From: an uncultured Gammaproteobacteria bacterium
GTDB taxonomy: Bacteria; Patescibacteriota; Patescibacteriia; UBA11705; DATKZF01
NCBI GenBank assembly: GCA_964411255.1
Contig: CAYPKD010000003.1
Location: 16,477 to 80,476, forward strand
Direction: 5' to 3'
Length of the DNA: 64,000 nt
Shown here: one piece after another, positions 39,600 to 49,338 of the stretch
How positions within the stretch are numbered: position 1 is the first letter of the stretch
How the letters are laid out: every line of letters starts with the position of its first letter
Notes under the pieces: model-generated
Databases searched by the model: none
Seen by the model: the letters and a program-made list of their open reading frames with translations, nothing else
Told to the model about the DNA's origin: nothing
Position numbers and translations under genes: made by a program

Positions 39600-40380
39600 T
39601 TCTGATTCCAAACCCCAAACTATGTCAGAAGCAGAAAGTTGAGCGCATAACATGGTCATGCGCAAGAGAATTTCCCAGGAGAAAAAGCACTAAAGGTCGA
39701 GCTACCCAAGTTATGATCCTTACTGGACCAAAATCAGTCGCTGACTAGCTTGTGTTCCTATGAATAAACATAAGGACACCTCCTAAAAGTTGTTGGACTT
39801 CGCAAAATGCTGCAAAGAGTGGCTTGGATAGCGAAGTAACCCTTATCTACACTACCTGGGAAAATATATGGAGAAAAATCTCTTCTCAATATATTCTCCA
39901 AGGCAATGCTCTAATTTTCTAATCCCAAATGGATTAGGAGCAGAAAGTTAGGGCGCATGAATCTTATCATGCGCAAAGGTGAGGCAAGTTTGGAGAGAAA
40001 GGTCAAGAACAGTCTCAAGTGATCAGCAGCTATTCAAGCCGTCTGATCGTAAACAATTTGCTGTCAATTGTTTAACAATCAACCGCAAATTTGTCTTCTT
40101 CAATATCGAAGTAACTGCTCTCTACACTGCTCCAACTTGCAGGAAAAGGACAAAGTTTAGGGAGAAAAAACGATAAGAGTCTTTTAATGGGCCGTTTTCA
40201 CAGCCCACCGATTTGACATGATATCGAAGTATCTGAAGTATCTCTTATCTACACTGCCCTAAACTTCAGAAACCAATCGGGAGAAAAGTCAGCAAGAGCC
40301 ATTAGAAAAGCTCAAAATGATTTCGAAGGATCTCTTGCCTACACTGCCCGATAAAGCATCTTACAAAATATCTCTTATAA
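39600..40380. repeat. Array of 6 degenerate units of about 100 nt upstream of rsr
   Basis: Family 1 has two copies at about 39605-39700 and 39915-40005: AGCAGAAAGTTrrGCGCATrA...TCATGCGCAArrG...GGAGAGAAAG. Family 2 has four copies at about 39826, 40105, 40222 and 40320: ATCGAAGTAnC.CTTATCTACACTGCCC...GGGAGAAAA. Confidence 0.55.
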
Positions 40381-40557
40381 AATGTTTTCTTGAGCTGTAT
40401 AATTTTCAATATTTTATCATAGCAAAAAAAAACGGTTTTGTCAACAATATTAAAATATTAATGTAGTGTTTCTTTCCTAAAATTAGAATAAAATTTAATA
40501 AAATTAAATAAAATCAATTTTTATAATATTTCAAAAATAAATCAAAAAGCACGAAAA

Positions 40558-43398
40558 TTACTCTAAATTTATAGCAGGACCGCTAATTTGATAATTATCC
40601 CCGCTTTTATCAACTATTTTTGCACTTACATTAAATGATCCTTCACCTGGAAAACTGGACCAGGAGACAAACACTACATTTGAGCTAGGATTTACAACTG
40701 AACCAATTTCAGCAGAACTGCCGTTTTTATTATAATAAAATGTAACTTCTTGACTATTGCTCAAATCAGTCAACCGTCCTTTCACAACCAAAGGAAAATT
40801 ATCTGCTGAATATGTTGCTCCACTGGCAGGGAACATCCATTCTAAGTCAGGGTCTGGCCGTTCAGCCATTATATTTATTTCAATTGTAGCTTCACTGGAA
40901 TTTTCAACATCATCATAAGCAATCGCTTTAAGCGTATGATAGCCATTTACCACATTTGAACCAATTGTATAATTTAATGCAAAAGGATAATTAAAACTGG
41001 TAGCAATATAATTTCCATCTAAATGATAGTCTACTTTTGTTATTCCTCTTGGTGCAAAAGTATCAACCAGAGCTGATAAAACAACAGAAGTTATATCTTG
41101 CCCGCTTTGAGGAGAAGTAAAACTTATATGCGGTTTATTGTCAGGCGTATGAACATCATCTGATTCAGTTGGCGGTTTGGCAATTTCAAATTCTTCGCCC
41201 TCCTCTTCAGCTTTTTTCGCTTTGGCTTCCATCCAGCCAATCACTGCGCCTTCCCATGAGCTATAAGCCGGATCTAAATTGTCTTTATTTGGGACTGGAC
41301 CCAACGGATCTGCTGGATTTACATAATGCAAAATATTATGAACTTCCATAAATGTCTTTTCCTCAATAGCTGAAGGAGGGGTATGCTCTGTGGCCAGTTT
41401 GCCGCTGTATTTGTCAATTTTTACTTTCTTTTCAGTTGAGTAAGTACCATTTAATATTGCTTTATCTGTTTTAGGCTTTGCATAAGATTTAAAATCTTCA
41501 ACTGGCAACTCTTTTGTTGCCTCTCTCATATATGCATTCCAGATCGGGGCGGCAACCACGCCTCCAGCTGCACCCCGGTGCATTGCTGTATTATCATTGT
41601 TTCCGACCCAAACACCTGCTACTAAGCTAGGCGTATAGCCCATTGTCCAAGCATCTTTATAATCATTTGTTGTTCCGGTTTTGGCTGCTACTGGCCGAGA
41701 TCCTAAAGTTAAACTGTTACTTGCTCCAAAAACATATGACCTGGCTCCATTATCAGACAATACACTACTTATCATTCGTGCAATATTACGATCAATTACA
41801 TCTCGTTCTGCTGGCTGATCAAATTCTTCTATTAATCTGCCATCCATGTCTTCAATTCTTAAAATAGAAGTGGATGGAATATATTTTCCTTCATTGGCAT
41901 ATACAGCAAAGGCATTAGCATGCTCTAAAAGCTTTAACTCCCCGCCACCCAATACAATAGCCAAACCAAATCGGCTTCTGTCTTCAAAAGATGTATATCC
42001 AAATTTTTCTAATAAATCTATAAAATTATCCTGGCCAGCCAAATACAATGCTTTAACTGCGGTGGTGTTTAATGAACCTGCCAAAGCTTTTCGAATACTG
42101 ACTGGGCCATGAGCAGAATTATCATAATTATGGGGAATATATGCCCTGCCGCCATCTGTAGTAAAATTCGTAACTGCATCAAATAAAATGCTTTCTGGAG
42201 AAAAGCCTTTATTAAAAATGGCTGAATATGCCATTGGCTTTAATGAAGAACCTGGCTGGCGCAAACGGGTAGTAACATTAACCTGACCGTCTATTGAATC
42301 ATCAAAAAAATCTTTTGAACCGACCATGGCTAATATTTGTCCAGTTTTTGGATCTAAAGATACTAGAGCAGCATTTGAAAATCCATATTGTTCACCTCTG
42401 GCATCTACTCCATCACGAACTGCATTTTCAGCTATTTCCTGCTTATCTAAATCAATAGTAGTAATCACTTTTAATCCCTGCTCAAGCATTTTTTCACCGT
42501 ATTTTTCAGACAATACCTCTTTTACATACATTACAAAGTGAGGGGCCGTAATACTTTCTTTTTTCTTTTGGAAATGAAGTTCCTGAGTTTTTGCCTGATC
42601 TGCCTGCTCTTTTGAAATATAACCGTCTTCTGCCATTTGATCCAAAATAAAATGCTGCCGGTTTATTAATTCATCCTTATTTGAACCATATGGAGAAAAG
42701 TAACTCGGAGCTTTTGGCAAAGCTGCCAGTATGGCACCTTCAGCCAGAGTTAAATCCTGCACCTCTTTAGCAAAATATGTCTGTGAAGCTGAAGCCACGC
42801 CGTAGGAAACTGAACCATATGGAATTTCATTTAAATACATTTGTAAAATCTGGTCCTTAGAAAACTTTTTTTCTATCTGATATGCTAAAATTAATTCTTT
42901 TATTTTTCTGGTATATGTTTTTTCTGATGTTAAAATCGCATTTTTTACAAACTGCTGAGTGATGGTTGAACCGCCTTGGGCCTTCCCCCCTTTTAAAACA
43001 TTTTTTAACACGGCTCGGATAATACCAGTCCAGCTAAAACCATGGTGTTCATAAAAATGCCTGTCTTCAACTGCAATAGTCGCCCATTTAACTTCAGCTG
43101 GAATATCTTCAAGCATCACCAATGTTCTTTTTTCTTCTCCATGCACTTCATATAATACGGTTTGTCCAGTCCGGTCATATATTTTTGTACTCTGCGCCAC
43201 ATCCCGGCTCATTATTTTATTTGGATCAGGCAAATCTTTTGAAAACCAGGCAAAAACGCCGATCATTAAAATTACACCAATAATAAATCCAAAAATTGCA
43301 ATTATAAAAAGCCGCTTGAGCCAGCCTTTCCAGCCAATTTTTTTCTTTTTTGATTTATCTTGCTTTATTCTTCTGCTTTTAAAATGTGGTAATGGCAT
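40558..43398 (-). CDS. Class A penicillin-binding protein (transglycosylase plus transpeptidase) with a C-terminal Ig-like extension
   Basis: GT51 motifs EDRHFYEHHG and GGSTITQQ. Transpeptidase motifs PGSSLKP and KTGTT. An N-terminal TM anchor. 946 aa. Confidence 0.85.
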   Translation of the reverse strand: MPLPHFKSRRIKQDKSKKKKIGWKGWLKRLFIIAIFGFIIGVILMIGVFAWFSKDLPDPNKIMSRDVAQSTKIYDRTGQTVLYEVHGEEKRTLVMLEDIPAEVKWATIAVEDRHFYEHHGFSWTGIIRAVLKNVLKGGKAQGGSTITQQFVKNAILTSEKTYTRKIKELILAYQIEKKFSKDQILQMYLNEIPYGSVSYGVASASQTYFAKEVQDLTLAEGAILAALPKAPSYFSPYGSNKDELINRQHFILDQMAEDGYISKEQADQAKTQELHFQKKKESITAPHFVMYVKEVLSEKYGEKMLEQGLKVITTIDLDKQEIAENAVRDGVDARGEQYGFSNAALVSLDPKTGQILAMVGSKDFFDDSIDGQVNVTTRLRQPGSSLKPMAYSAIFNKGFSPESILFDAVTNFTTDGGRAYIPHNYDNSAHGPVSIRKALAGSLNTTAVKALYLAGQDNFIDLLEKFGYTSFEDRSRFGLAIVLGGGELKLLEHANAFAVYANEGKYIPSTSILRIEDMDGRLIEEFDQPAERDVIDRNIARMISSVLSDNGARSYVFGASNSLTLGSRPVAAKTGTTNDYKDAWTMGYTPSLVAGVWVGNNDNTAMHRGAAGGVVAAPIWNAYMREATKELPVEDFKSYAKPKTDKAILNGTYSTEKKVKIDKYSGKLATEHTPPSAIEEKTFMEVHNILHYVNPADPLGPVPNKDNLDPAYSSWEGAVIGWMEAKAKKAEEEGEEFEIAKPPTESDDVHTPDNKPHISFTSPQSGQDITSVVLSALVDTFAPRGITKVDYHLDGNYIATSFNYPFALNYTIGSNVVNGYHTLKAIAYDDVENSSEATIEINIMAERPDPDLEWMFPASGATYSADNFPLVVKGRLTDLSNSQEVTFYYNKNGSSAEIGSVVNPSSNVVFVSWSSFPGEGSFNVSAKIVDKSGDNYQISGPAINLE

Positions 43399-43436
43399 AT
43401 TTAATAAAATTAAAAAGTAAAAAGTAAAAAATTGAA

Positions 43437-44462
43437 TTATTTGCTATTTTTTTCTTTAACTGTTTCTGGGTATAGCTGATCAATAATTGCACCAGCTACA
43501 TCTCTTTCTTTTCCATTATACGGTATATGATGCATACTGATCATTGGAGAACCGTTTAATTCAACAATTATGTAATTTCTTTCAGTTGGGGGGGATGAAA
43601 TATCTTTTGTCATATAGTCAATGCCTGAATAAGCTAATCCTGGGATTGACTGTACAATTTTAACCATTAGCTTTTTAACTTCTGGATGAACTAGATCTGT
43701 TACATCATAACTGTCACCGCCAGTTGATAAGTTGGATGTTTTTCTTAAGTAAACAATATCATCTTTTTTAGGAATGGTTGTCAATTTCTTTTTTTGAGAA
43801 TTCAAAAAATCAACTAATTGTTTATCTATTTTAATTTTTACTAAACTTTTTTTATGTCCAGATCCTCTTCTTGGATCCTTATTTTTGAGCTGTATCAATT
43901 CTTTAATTGTATGAATACCATCTCCCTGTACATTGGCAGGCACTCTATATGTGGCAGCAACAAATTTTTCATTAGTGGCAAAAATCCGATATTCTTTTCC
44001 GTAAAATTCTTTTTCTACCATTACTGTCCTGTATTTCCCGCCAAATTGCTGCAAAGCTTGTTCTAACTTTTGATCAGAATCAATACCAATAAAAACTTTT
44101 GTACCATGTTTACCAGCTAAGGGTTTTAGCACAACTGGATATTTAATCTCATTACAATACTTAATGATCTTATCTTTTTCAGTATAGTCAAATATGTTTC
44201 CTTTCGCAACTTTTATACCTGCTTTTTGCAAAATATATTTGGTCAACGCTTTATTCTTTTGTATTCGTTGGGCAATACTGCTGTTTTTTGATGTTACCTG
44301 ATAAATAATAAACTCCTGATGCCCTTTATAATCTAAATGCAGAGCATCGTCTTTTGATAACTCACCTTGTTTAAATATTTTCTTTACTTGAATTCCCCTA
44401 TTTTCTGCAGCTTTACCGATTAAATAGCTGCTAAAATAGGAAAAATCTTCGTTATTTAACAT
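43437..44462 (-). CDS. ATP-grasp ligase resembling the ATP-grasp module of cyanophycin synthetase (CphA-like), paralog 1
   Basis: YPVVLKPLAGKHGTKVFIG and HTIKELIQLKNKDPRRGSGHKKSLVKIKID resemble CphA's VVKPLDGNHGRG and NQDPRRGxGHExVLTKI blocks. GG..YDVTD and ELN..P...HH follow. 341 aa. Confidence 0.55.
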   Translation of the reverse strand: MLNNEDFSYFSSYLIGKAAENRGIQVKKIFKQGELSKDDALHLDYKGHQEFIIYQVTSKNSSIAQRIQKNKALTKYILQKAGIKVAKGNIFDYTEKDKIIKYCNEIKYPVVLKPLAGKHGTKVFIGIDSDQKLEQALQQFGGKYRTVMVEKEFYGKEYRIFATNEKFVAATYRVPANVQGDGIHTIKELIQLKNKDPRRGSGHKKSLVKIKIDKQLVDFLNSQKKKLTTIPKKDDIVYLRKTSNLSTGGDSYDVTDLVHPEVKKLMVKIVQSIPGLAYSGIDYMTKDISSPPTERNYIIVELNGSPMISMHHIPYNGKERDVAGAIIDQLYPETVKEKNSK

Positions 44463-44496
44463 ACTTTTTGGATTGATTTACTTTTTTTTAAAACTA

Positions 44497-45468
44497 TCAA
44501 TCTTTAAAAATCATGTCAATAATATCCCCAGCAGGATCTCGCGGTTTTCCAACATGAGGATAATGATGCATAATAATGTGCGGCCTGGAGTTAACTTCAA
44601 TAACTGCTCCACCCGGCTTTTTAATATCTTTAGTCATTAGATCAATACCAGCCACAGGTAATTTTAAGACTTTTGCTATCTTGATAGCTGTTTTCTTCAC
44701 TTTTGGATGCATAATATCAGTCGCATCAACACTGGTTCCTCCAACAGCAACATTTGCAATTTCTCGTAAAAAAACTCTCTGGCCTTCTTTGGGCACGGTT
44801 TTTAAGGACATGCTTTGCTTTCTTAATACTTGCTTCGTAGTTTTGTCTTTTTTTATGTCTTTTTTATACGTTAACTTGATTGCATTTTTTATATTTATCA
44901 ATTCCTCAATAGTATATTTACCATCCCCGTCAACATAGGCTGGAATTCTATGCAAAGCATATACTTTTTTACCATTAATAACTGAAATTCTGTAGTCATC
45001 TCCAAAAATAAATTTTTCAACCACAATCACCTTTGCTTTTGAATGTTTTTTTGCTTCAATAAATGCTTTTTTTAGCTGAGGGATTGTCTTTATATGAACG
45101 GTCACCCCTTTTCCCAGAGACGAATCGCCTGGCTTAACCACAATGTCCTTATATTTTTTTAAAAATGAAACCGCTTCTTTATACTCCTTGCATTTAATCT
45201 GCGCTGGAACAGATATTTTATGTCTTCTTAAAACAAAATTTGTCAGTTCCTTTTTATCTGAAATTCTGTAGGCTAAATGACTTGTTTCCATTGGCCTGGA
45301 GGAATCAATCAAAACTTTTTTCTTGCCTTTTTGTAAATACTGGAATTTACCAAAAGGATCAAAGTTTGAAAATTTAACTCCCCTGGCTTTGGCTGCTTTT
45401 TTTATTAAAAGTCTATATGGTGATAATTTCATATTATTTAAATAATTTAAGTATTTCTTTAGCCACAT
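44497..45468 (-). CDS. ATP-grasp ligase, CphA-like, paralog 2
   Basis: It carries the same block structure as paralog 1: IVVKPGDSSLGKGVTV, DGDGKYTIEELI and GG..VDATD...IEVN..P.IIMHH. The probable start is the internal Met (MKLSPYRLL) that overlaps the upstream gene's stop. Confidence 0.55.
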   Translation of the reverse strand: MWLKKYLNYLNNMKLSPYRLLIKKAAKARGVKFSNFDPFGKFQYLQKGKKKVLIDSSRPMETSHLAYRISDKKELTNFVLRRHKISVPAQIKCKEYKEAVSFLKKYKDIVVKPGDSSLGKGVTVHIKTIPQLKKAFIEAKKHSKAKVIVVEKFIFGDDYRISVINGKKVYALHRIPAYVDGDGKYTIEELINIKNAIKLTYKKDIKKDKTTKQVLRKQSMSLKTVPKEGQRVFLREIANVAVGGTSVDATDIMHPKVKKTAIKIAKVLKLPVAGIDLMTKDIKKPGGAVIEVNSRPHIIMHHYPHVGKPRDPAGDIIDMIFKD

Positions 45469-46363
45469 TATAAGAACGGCCTAAGTCAGGGTAATGATGG
45501 ATCAAAATTCCAGGAATTAAATTAAGCTCAGTTATGTATGCTGGCTTTTTATTAATATCTTCAGATAAATAATCAATGCCAACCACTGGCACCTGAAAAC
45601 TTTTTGCAATTTCAATAGATAATTTTTTTATTTTTGCACTTAATTTATTTGTAATGTCAATTGCTTCTCCACCTGTTGCTAAATTGGCTGTTTTTCTTAA
45701 ATAAACAATCTGACCTTTTTGGGGCACAGAAGAAATTGCCATTTTTTGTTCTTTTAATATTTGCCTGGTAAATTTATCCTTTATGATTTGTCTTTTCATT
45801 CTTTTTCTTAACGGTTTTGCATTTTTTTCAGATATTAACTGGTTGATTGTCTTTTCACCATCTCCAACGACATGGGCAGCAATTCTTTGAGCAGCAAAAA
45901 TTTTCTTATAATCAATAACTAAAACCCGATGGTCAACACCAGCAACGAACTTTTCAGCAATAACCTCACTATGCACTTTCTGTGCTTCAGGAAAAGATTT
46001 TTTTAGCTCATTAAAAGTAGTAACGCCAACAGTGATTCCCCGACCCCGGACTCCAATTTTCGGCTTGACCACAATTTTTTTATATTTTTTTAAAAATAAC
46101 TTGCAATCGTTTATCGAAGAACATTGTTTTTGAGGCGGTACTGGGAAACCATGTTTTTTCAAATATAAATTTGTTAAAAATTTGTCTTTGATAATTTCAA
46201 AAGAAATATAAGGCGTAAGATGGGTTAAACTCTGATTCAGCCAAACCTCTTCTTTGCCTTTTTTATTAAGGATAACCATTTTTTTACTTTTCGGAAAAGG
46301 AACAATATTATATCCCTCTTTTCTGGCTTGGTCTGTAATGACTTTTGTATAGCGGTCTAACAT
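45434..46363 (-). CDS. ATP-grasp ligase, CphA-like, paralog 3
   Basis: It carries the same blocks: IVVKPKIGVRGRGITVG, GDGEKTINQLI and GGEAIDITN...ELN..PGILIHH. 309 aa. Confidence 0.55.
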   Translation of the reverse strand: MLDRYTKVITDQARKEGYNIVPFPKSKKMVILNKKGKEEVWLNQSLTHLTPYISFEIIKDKFLTNLYLKKHGFPVPPQKQCSSINDCKLFLKKYKKIVVKPKIGVRGRGITVGVTTFNELKKSFPEAQKVHSEVIAEKFVAGVDHRVLVIDYKKIFAAQRIAAHVVGDGEKTINQLISEKNAKPLRKRMKRQIIKDKFTRQILKEQKMAISSVPQKGQIVYLRKTANLATGGEAIDITNKLSAKIKKLSIEIAKSFQVPVVGIDYLSEDINKKPAYITELNLIPGILIHHYPDLGRSYNVAKEILKLFK

Positions 46364-46378
46364 ATTTTTTTAAAAAAA

Positions 46379-47782
46379 TTACTTTTTACTTGGATCAATA
46401 ATAAAATCTTTTAAATCTTTTTTTCCTATTATCATTGGATAAATTAACAAACTCCTGTCAATTAAAGAAACTACTGAATTGATCAATTTTCCTGAAATTT
46501 TAATCTTCATTTTTACTTTTGGCCGGACACTTACTCCATGTGAGGAAAATACTGTTACCACGCCCACAATGTCCGTGTGTTTTCCTAAAATTTCTTTTGT
46601 CAATTTTTTATCAAATTCTACTGAATTTTCTCTAGTAATTCCTTCAGCTGAAATATCCATTTGATTAAAAATATTAATTGCATCTGAATATCCTAATTCT
46701 CTGGCAATTTCAATGTCAATCGAAGTGCTGGCAGCGCCTGTATCTATTTTAGCTTCTAGATCTATCTCTTCTTCCACTTTTCCCTTGACCTTAACCTTTT
46801 CAATCAAGCCCAAAACCTGTTTACCCGTTATCTCTTCAATTTCCTGCTCAATCTCTCCACCAAATAAATTCTTAGCCACTTTTATTCCACGTTCAGCTGT
46901 TTTTATTTTTAAGCCCTGAACTCTCAACAGCCGCTCCTTTAGAGGGGCTAAATTTGCGACTTGGATTGAAAGTCCTGGCCGAGCATTCAATTCTAAAATC
47001 ACAGGACCTTTTTCTCGGTCAACTGCGATATCCACGCCAACATACTTTAATTTAGAGGCTTCCTGGGCAGCGATTGCAATATTCAAAATTTTATTCCAAA
47101 AAGGAATTTTTATGCCACGCAATGGGAAATTTGTTTCCGGTAAACTTTCAATCAGCCTATCGTTTTGAATGGCATTGGTTGTGATGCCTGAGGCAATATC
47201 AATACCGACACCGATACCGCCCATATGTAAATTTGCTTTGCCGTCAGATTCTTTGGTCGGCAGCCTGAGCATGGCCATTACCGGAACTTTGTTAAAAACT
47301 AGAACCCTAATATCAGGCACACCCTTATATGCATATAATTTGAAATTGGGATGAATTTTTAATCTCTCTTCAAAAAAAGCCTCATCTTCAGCGTGAGTTT
47401 TTGAATAATCACCATCTAAAATATTTAAAACATGATCTTTTATTTCATCAATGTTAACGGCTCGGTCTTTTGACATTACCCATACCCCACTTCTTTTACG
47501 ACCAAAGGTTATTAATATTCCTTCTCCACCCAGGCCTTTGTTTGGTTTTAAAACAAAACTAGAAGGCAATAAATCCCAATCAAAATTATAATACTCATTC
47601 CGGTCACGAATAACCGCTATCAAATCAGCTACTGGTAAACCAGCTTCAAACAATACTTCTTTTGACCGCAGCTTATCATCAGCTAATTTAATTGAAGAGT
47701 GGGAATTATATCTTCTAATAAATTTTAGGTTGCGGGCATTAATTCCCAAAAGCCCTTTACTTTTTCTCAGAAGATTCAACAT
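46379..47782 (-). CDS. RimK-related alpha-L-glutamate-ligase-like ATP-grasp fused to a C-terminal retropepsin-like (clan AA, DUF785-type) aspartic protease domain
   Basis: The N-terminal 300 aa are ATP-grasp (VLKPNKGLGGEGI, NARPGLSIQ). The C-terminus carries IDTGAASTSIDIEIARELGY, a DTGA retropepsin signature. The gene overlaps the upstream 7TM gene. Confidence 0.6.
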   Translation of the reverse strand: MLNLLRKSKGLLGINARNLKFIRRYNSHSSIKLADDKLRSKEVLFEAGLPVADLIAVIRDRNEYYNFDWDLLPSSFVLKPNKGLGGEGILITFGRKRSGVWVMSKDRAVNIDEIKDHVLNILDGDYSKTHAEDEAFFEERLKIHPNFKLYAYKGVPDIRVLVFNKVPVMAMLRLPTKESDGKANLHMGGIGVGIDIASGITTNAIQNDRLIESLPETNFPLRGIKIPFWNKILNIAIAAQEASKLKYVGVDIAVDREKGPVILELNARPGLSIQVANLAPLKERLLRVQGLKIKTAERGIKVAKNLFGGEIEQEIEEITGKQVLGLIEKVKVKGKVEEEIDLEAKIDTGAASTSIDIEIARELGYSDAINIFNQMDISAEGITRENSVEFDKKLTKEILGKHTDIVGVVTVFSSHGVSVRPKVKMKIKISGKLINSVVSLIDRSLLIYPMIIGKKDLKDFIIDPSKK

Positions 47783-49331
47783 GTTTTATAACCTTTCTAA
47801 ATCTAAAATATTCCATCAATCTAAGGCCTGACCATTTTCCTAAGAAAATATTGATAATAAAGCATAAGAAAATGATTTCAGGATAACCCAGCAGAATAGC
47901 CTTGGTAGATGTCAGGCTGGCAATCCAAAAACAAAAACTGGATAAAATCAATGTCTCAACCGTTAAAATTATAGCTGTCTTATTCCCCTTTTCAATCTGG
48001 GCAGCAACAAATTTTTCAGCTAAAACTATTAATATTAAAATTGGAAAAACAGATATTGTAATCAGGCCAACATCCTTATAAAATGCTCCCAGTAAAAACA
48101 AAATAAAAATTGTCAGACTAACAATAATTAAAATTAAAGCCATTCTCGGCAAATAAAGCAAACCGATTTTTCTGGCCAATACCCTTCCCAAACTTGCAAT
48201 TGAAAGCACAATAACAAATATTAATAAGCCATATCCAATCCCAGTACCTAGAAACGAAAGTGCAATAATGGTTGGTGTATAAATCCCAAAAGCTTTTATG
48301 CCAATAAATTGTCTGGTAAACGACAAGATGGTTGCAATTAACGGCAAGGTCAATAACAAATAAATAGTATTGATCGGCACACCTTGATTAACCATGTAAT
48401 TAATCCCATAAGCAAGGAAATTCCATATTCTCAGCTGGCCAATTTCCCTTTGAGTATGAAGGCCTATTAACTGATATTTTGTATTATTTTCTTTCAATAA
48501 ACTTATTATTGAGTCAATATTCGTTGTTTTTATCGCAGAAAAAATAGATCCTTCCTGCGCTAAAATTACAAATTGTGGCTCAACCAGGTTAAACAAGGTC
48601 TGCGCCAGGCGTGCAGTTGTAGTGAATTTATCTGTAATTGAAATTATAACCTTGTTTGAAAAACCATAGTCAGCCAAACTAGGCCGCTCAGTAGTACCTG
48701 TTGCACTTAAAGTCTGGGCGGCATCAATCATTGCATTTAGACCCAGACTGCCCTGAGTCCATATAATAATATTTTTTGCCTGCTGAATATTTTCTTTTGA
48801 TTCTATTATTTTTTGAGTCAATTCTTTTTCGACTACAATGTCCAAATCCTTTTTTTCATTTTTAATATTTATAATTAAAATACCCTGGGTAGAAGCAATG
48901 CTTTGTAATTGATCGATTTGTTCTTGAGAAATTGAAAAATCACTTATCAATATTACTAAATCCTTATCCACAGAAACAATAAAATCATCAATTGACTGAT
49001 CACTGGTTATTTTGTTTTGCAAAGTTAAACTGGCCCGATAAATGCCCGGGTTTTTATAAGTATGGATAACTTCCAGGCCAGTGGCCCTGTTGCCATCGCC
49101 AAAATTCCAAATATATTCTATATCTGAATCCTCTGGAATACTTGAGCCTGCAGCGCTAAAAAGCACCTGCCTGCCCACAATAACATTACGATCACCGCCA
49201 GAGGTTGCGACCAAAGAGACTTGAGGAATTTCTTCTTCTGCAACAATCTCATCTTCCTGCGCCATCACCGGAGAGAATATAAAAAATATGGTAATAATCA
49301 AACAAAAAATTGTGAATAAGTACTTTTTCAT
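47757..49331 (-). CDS. Secreted PKD-domain protein fused to a C-terminal 7-TM domain
   Basis: A signal peptide is followed by WNFGDGNRATGLEVIHTYKNPGIYRASLTL (PKD) and then about 7 TM helices. The arrangement is analogous to the 7TM partners of RimK-like/protease gene pairs. Confidence 0.5.
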   Translation of the reverse strand: MKKYLFTIFCLIITIFFIFSPVMAQEDEIVAEEEIPQVSLVATSGGDRNVIVGRQVLFSAAGSSIPEDSDIEYIWNFGDGNRATGLEVIHTYKNPGIYRASLTLQNKITSDQSIDDFIVSVDKDLVILISDFSISQEQIDQLQSIASTQGILIINIKNEKKDLDIVVEKELTQKIIESKENIQQAKNIIIWTQGSLGLNAMIDAAQTLSATGTTERPSLADYGFSNKVIISITDKFTTTARLAQTLFNLVEPQFVILAQEGSIFSAIKTTNIDSIISLLKENNTKYQLIGLHTQREIGQLRIWNFLAYGINYMVNQGVPINTIYLLLTLPLIATILSFTRQFIGIKAFGIYTPTIIALSFLGTGIGYGLLIFVIVLSIASLGRVLARKIGLLYLPRMALILIIVSLTIFILFLLGAFYKDVGLITISVFPILILIVLAEKFVAAQIEKGNKTAIILTVETLILSSFCFWIASLTSTKAILLGYPEIIFLCFIINIFLGKWSGLRLMEYFRFRKVIKHVESSEKK

Positions 49332-49338
49332 ATATTTT

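Noticed and set aside
39826-40350. A CRISPR array
   Set aside because: The repeats are degenerate (about 70-85% identical), the spacing is irregular (97-279 nt), the units are about 100 nt long, and there are no cas genes.
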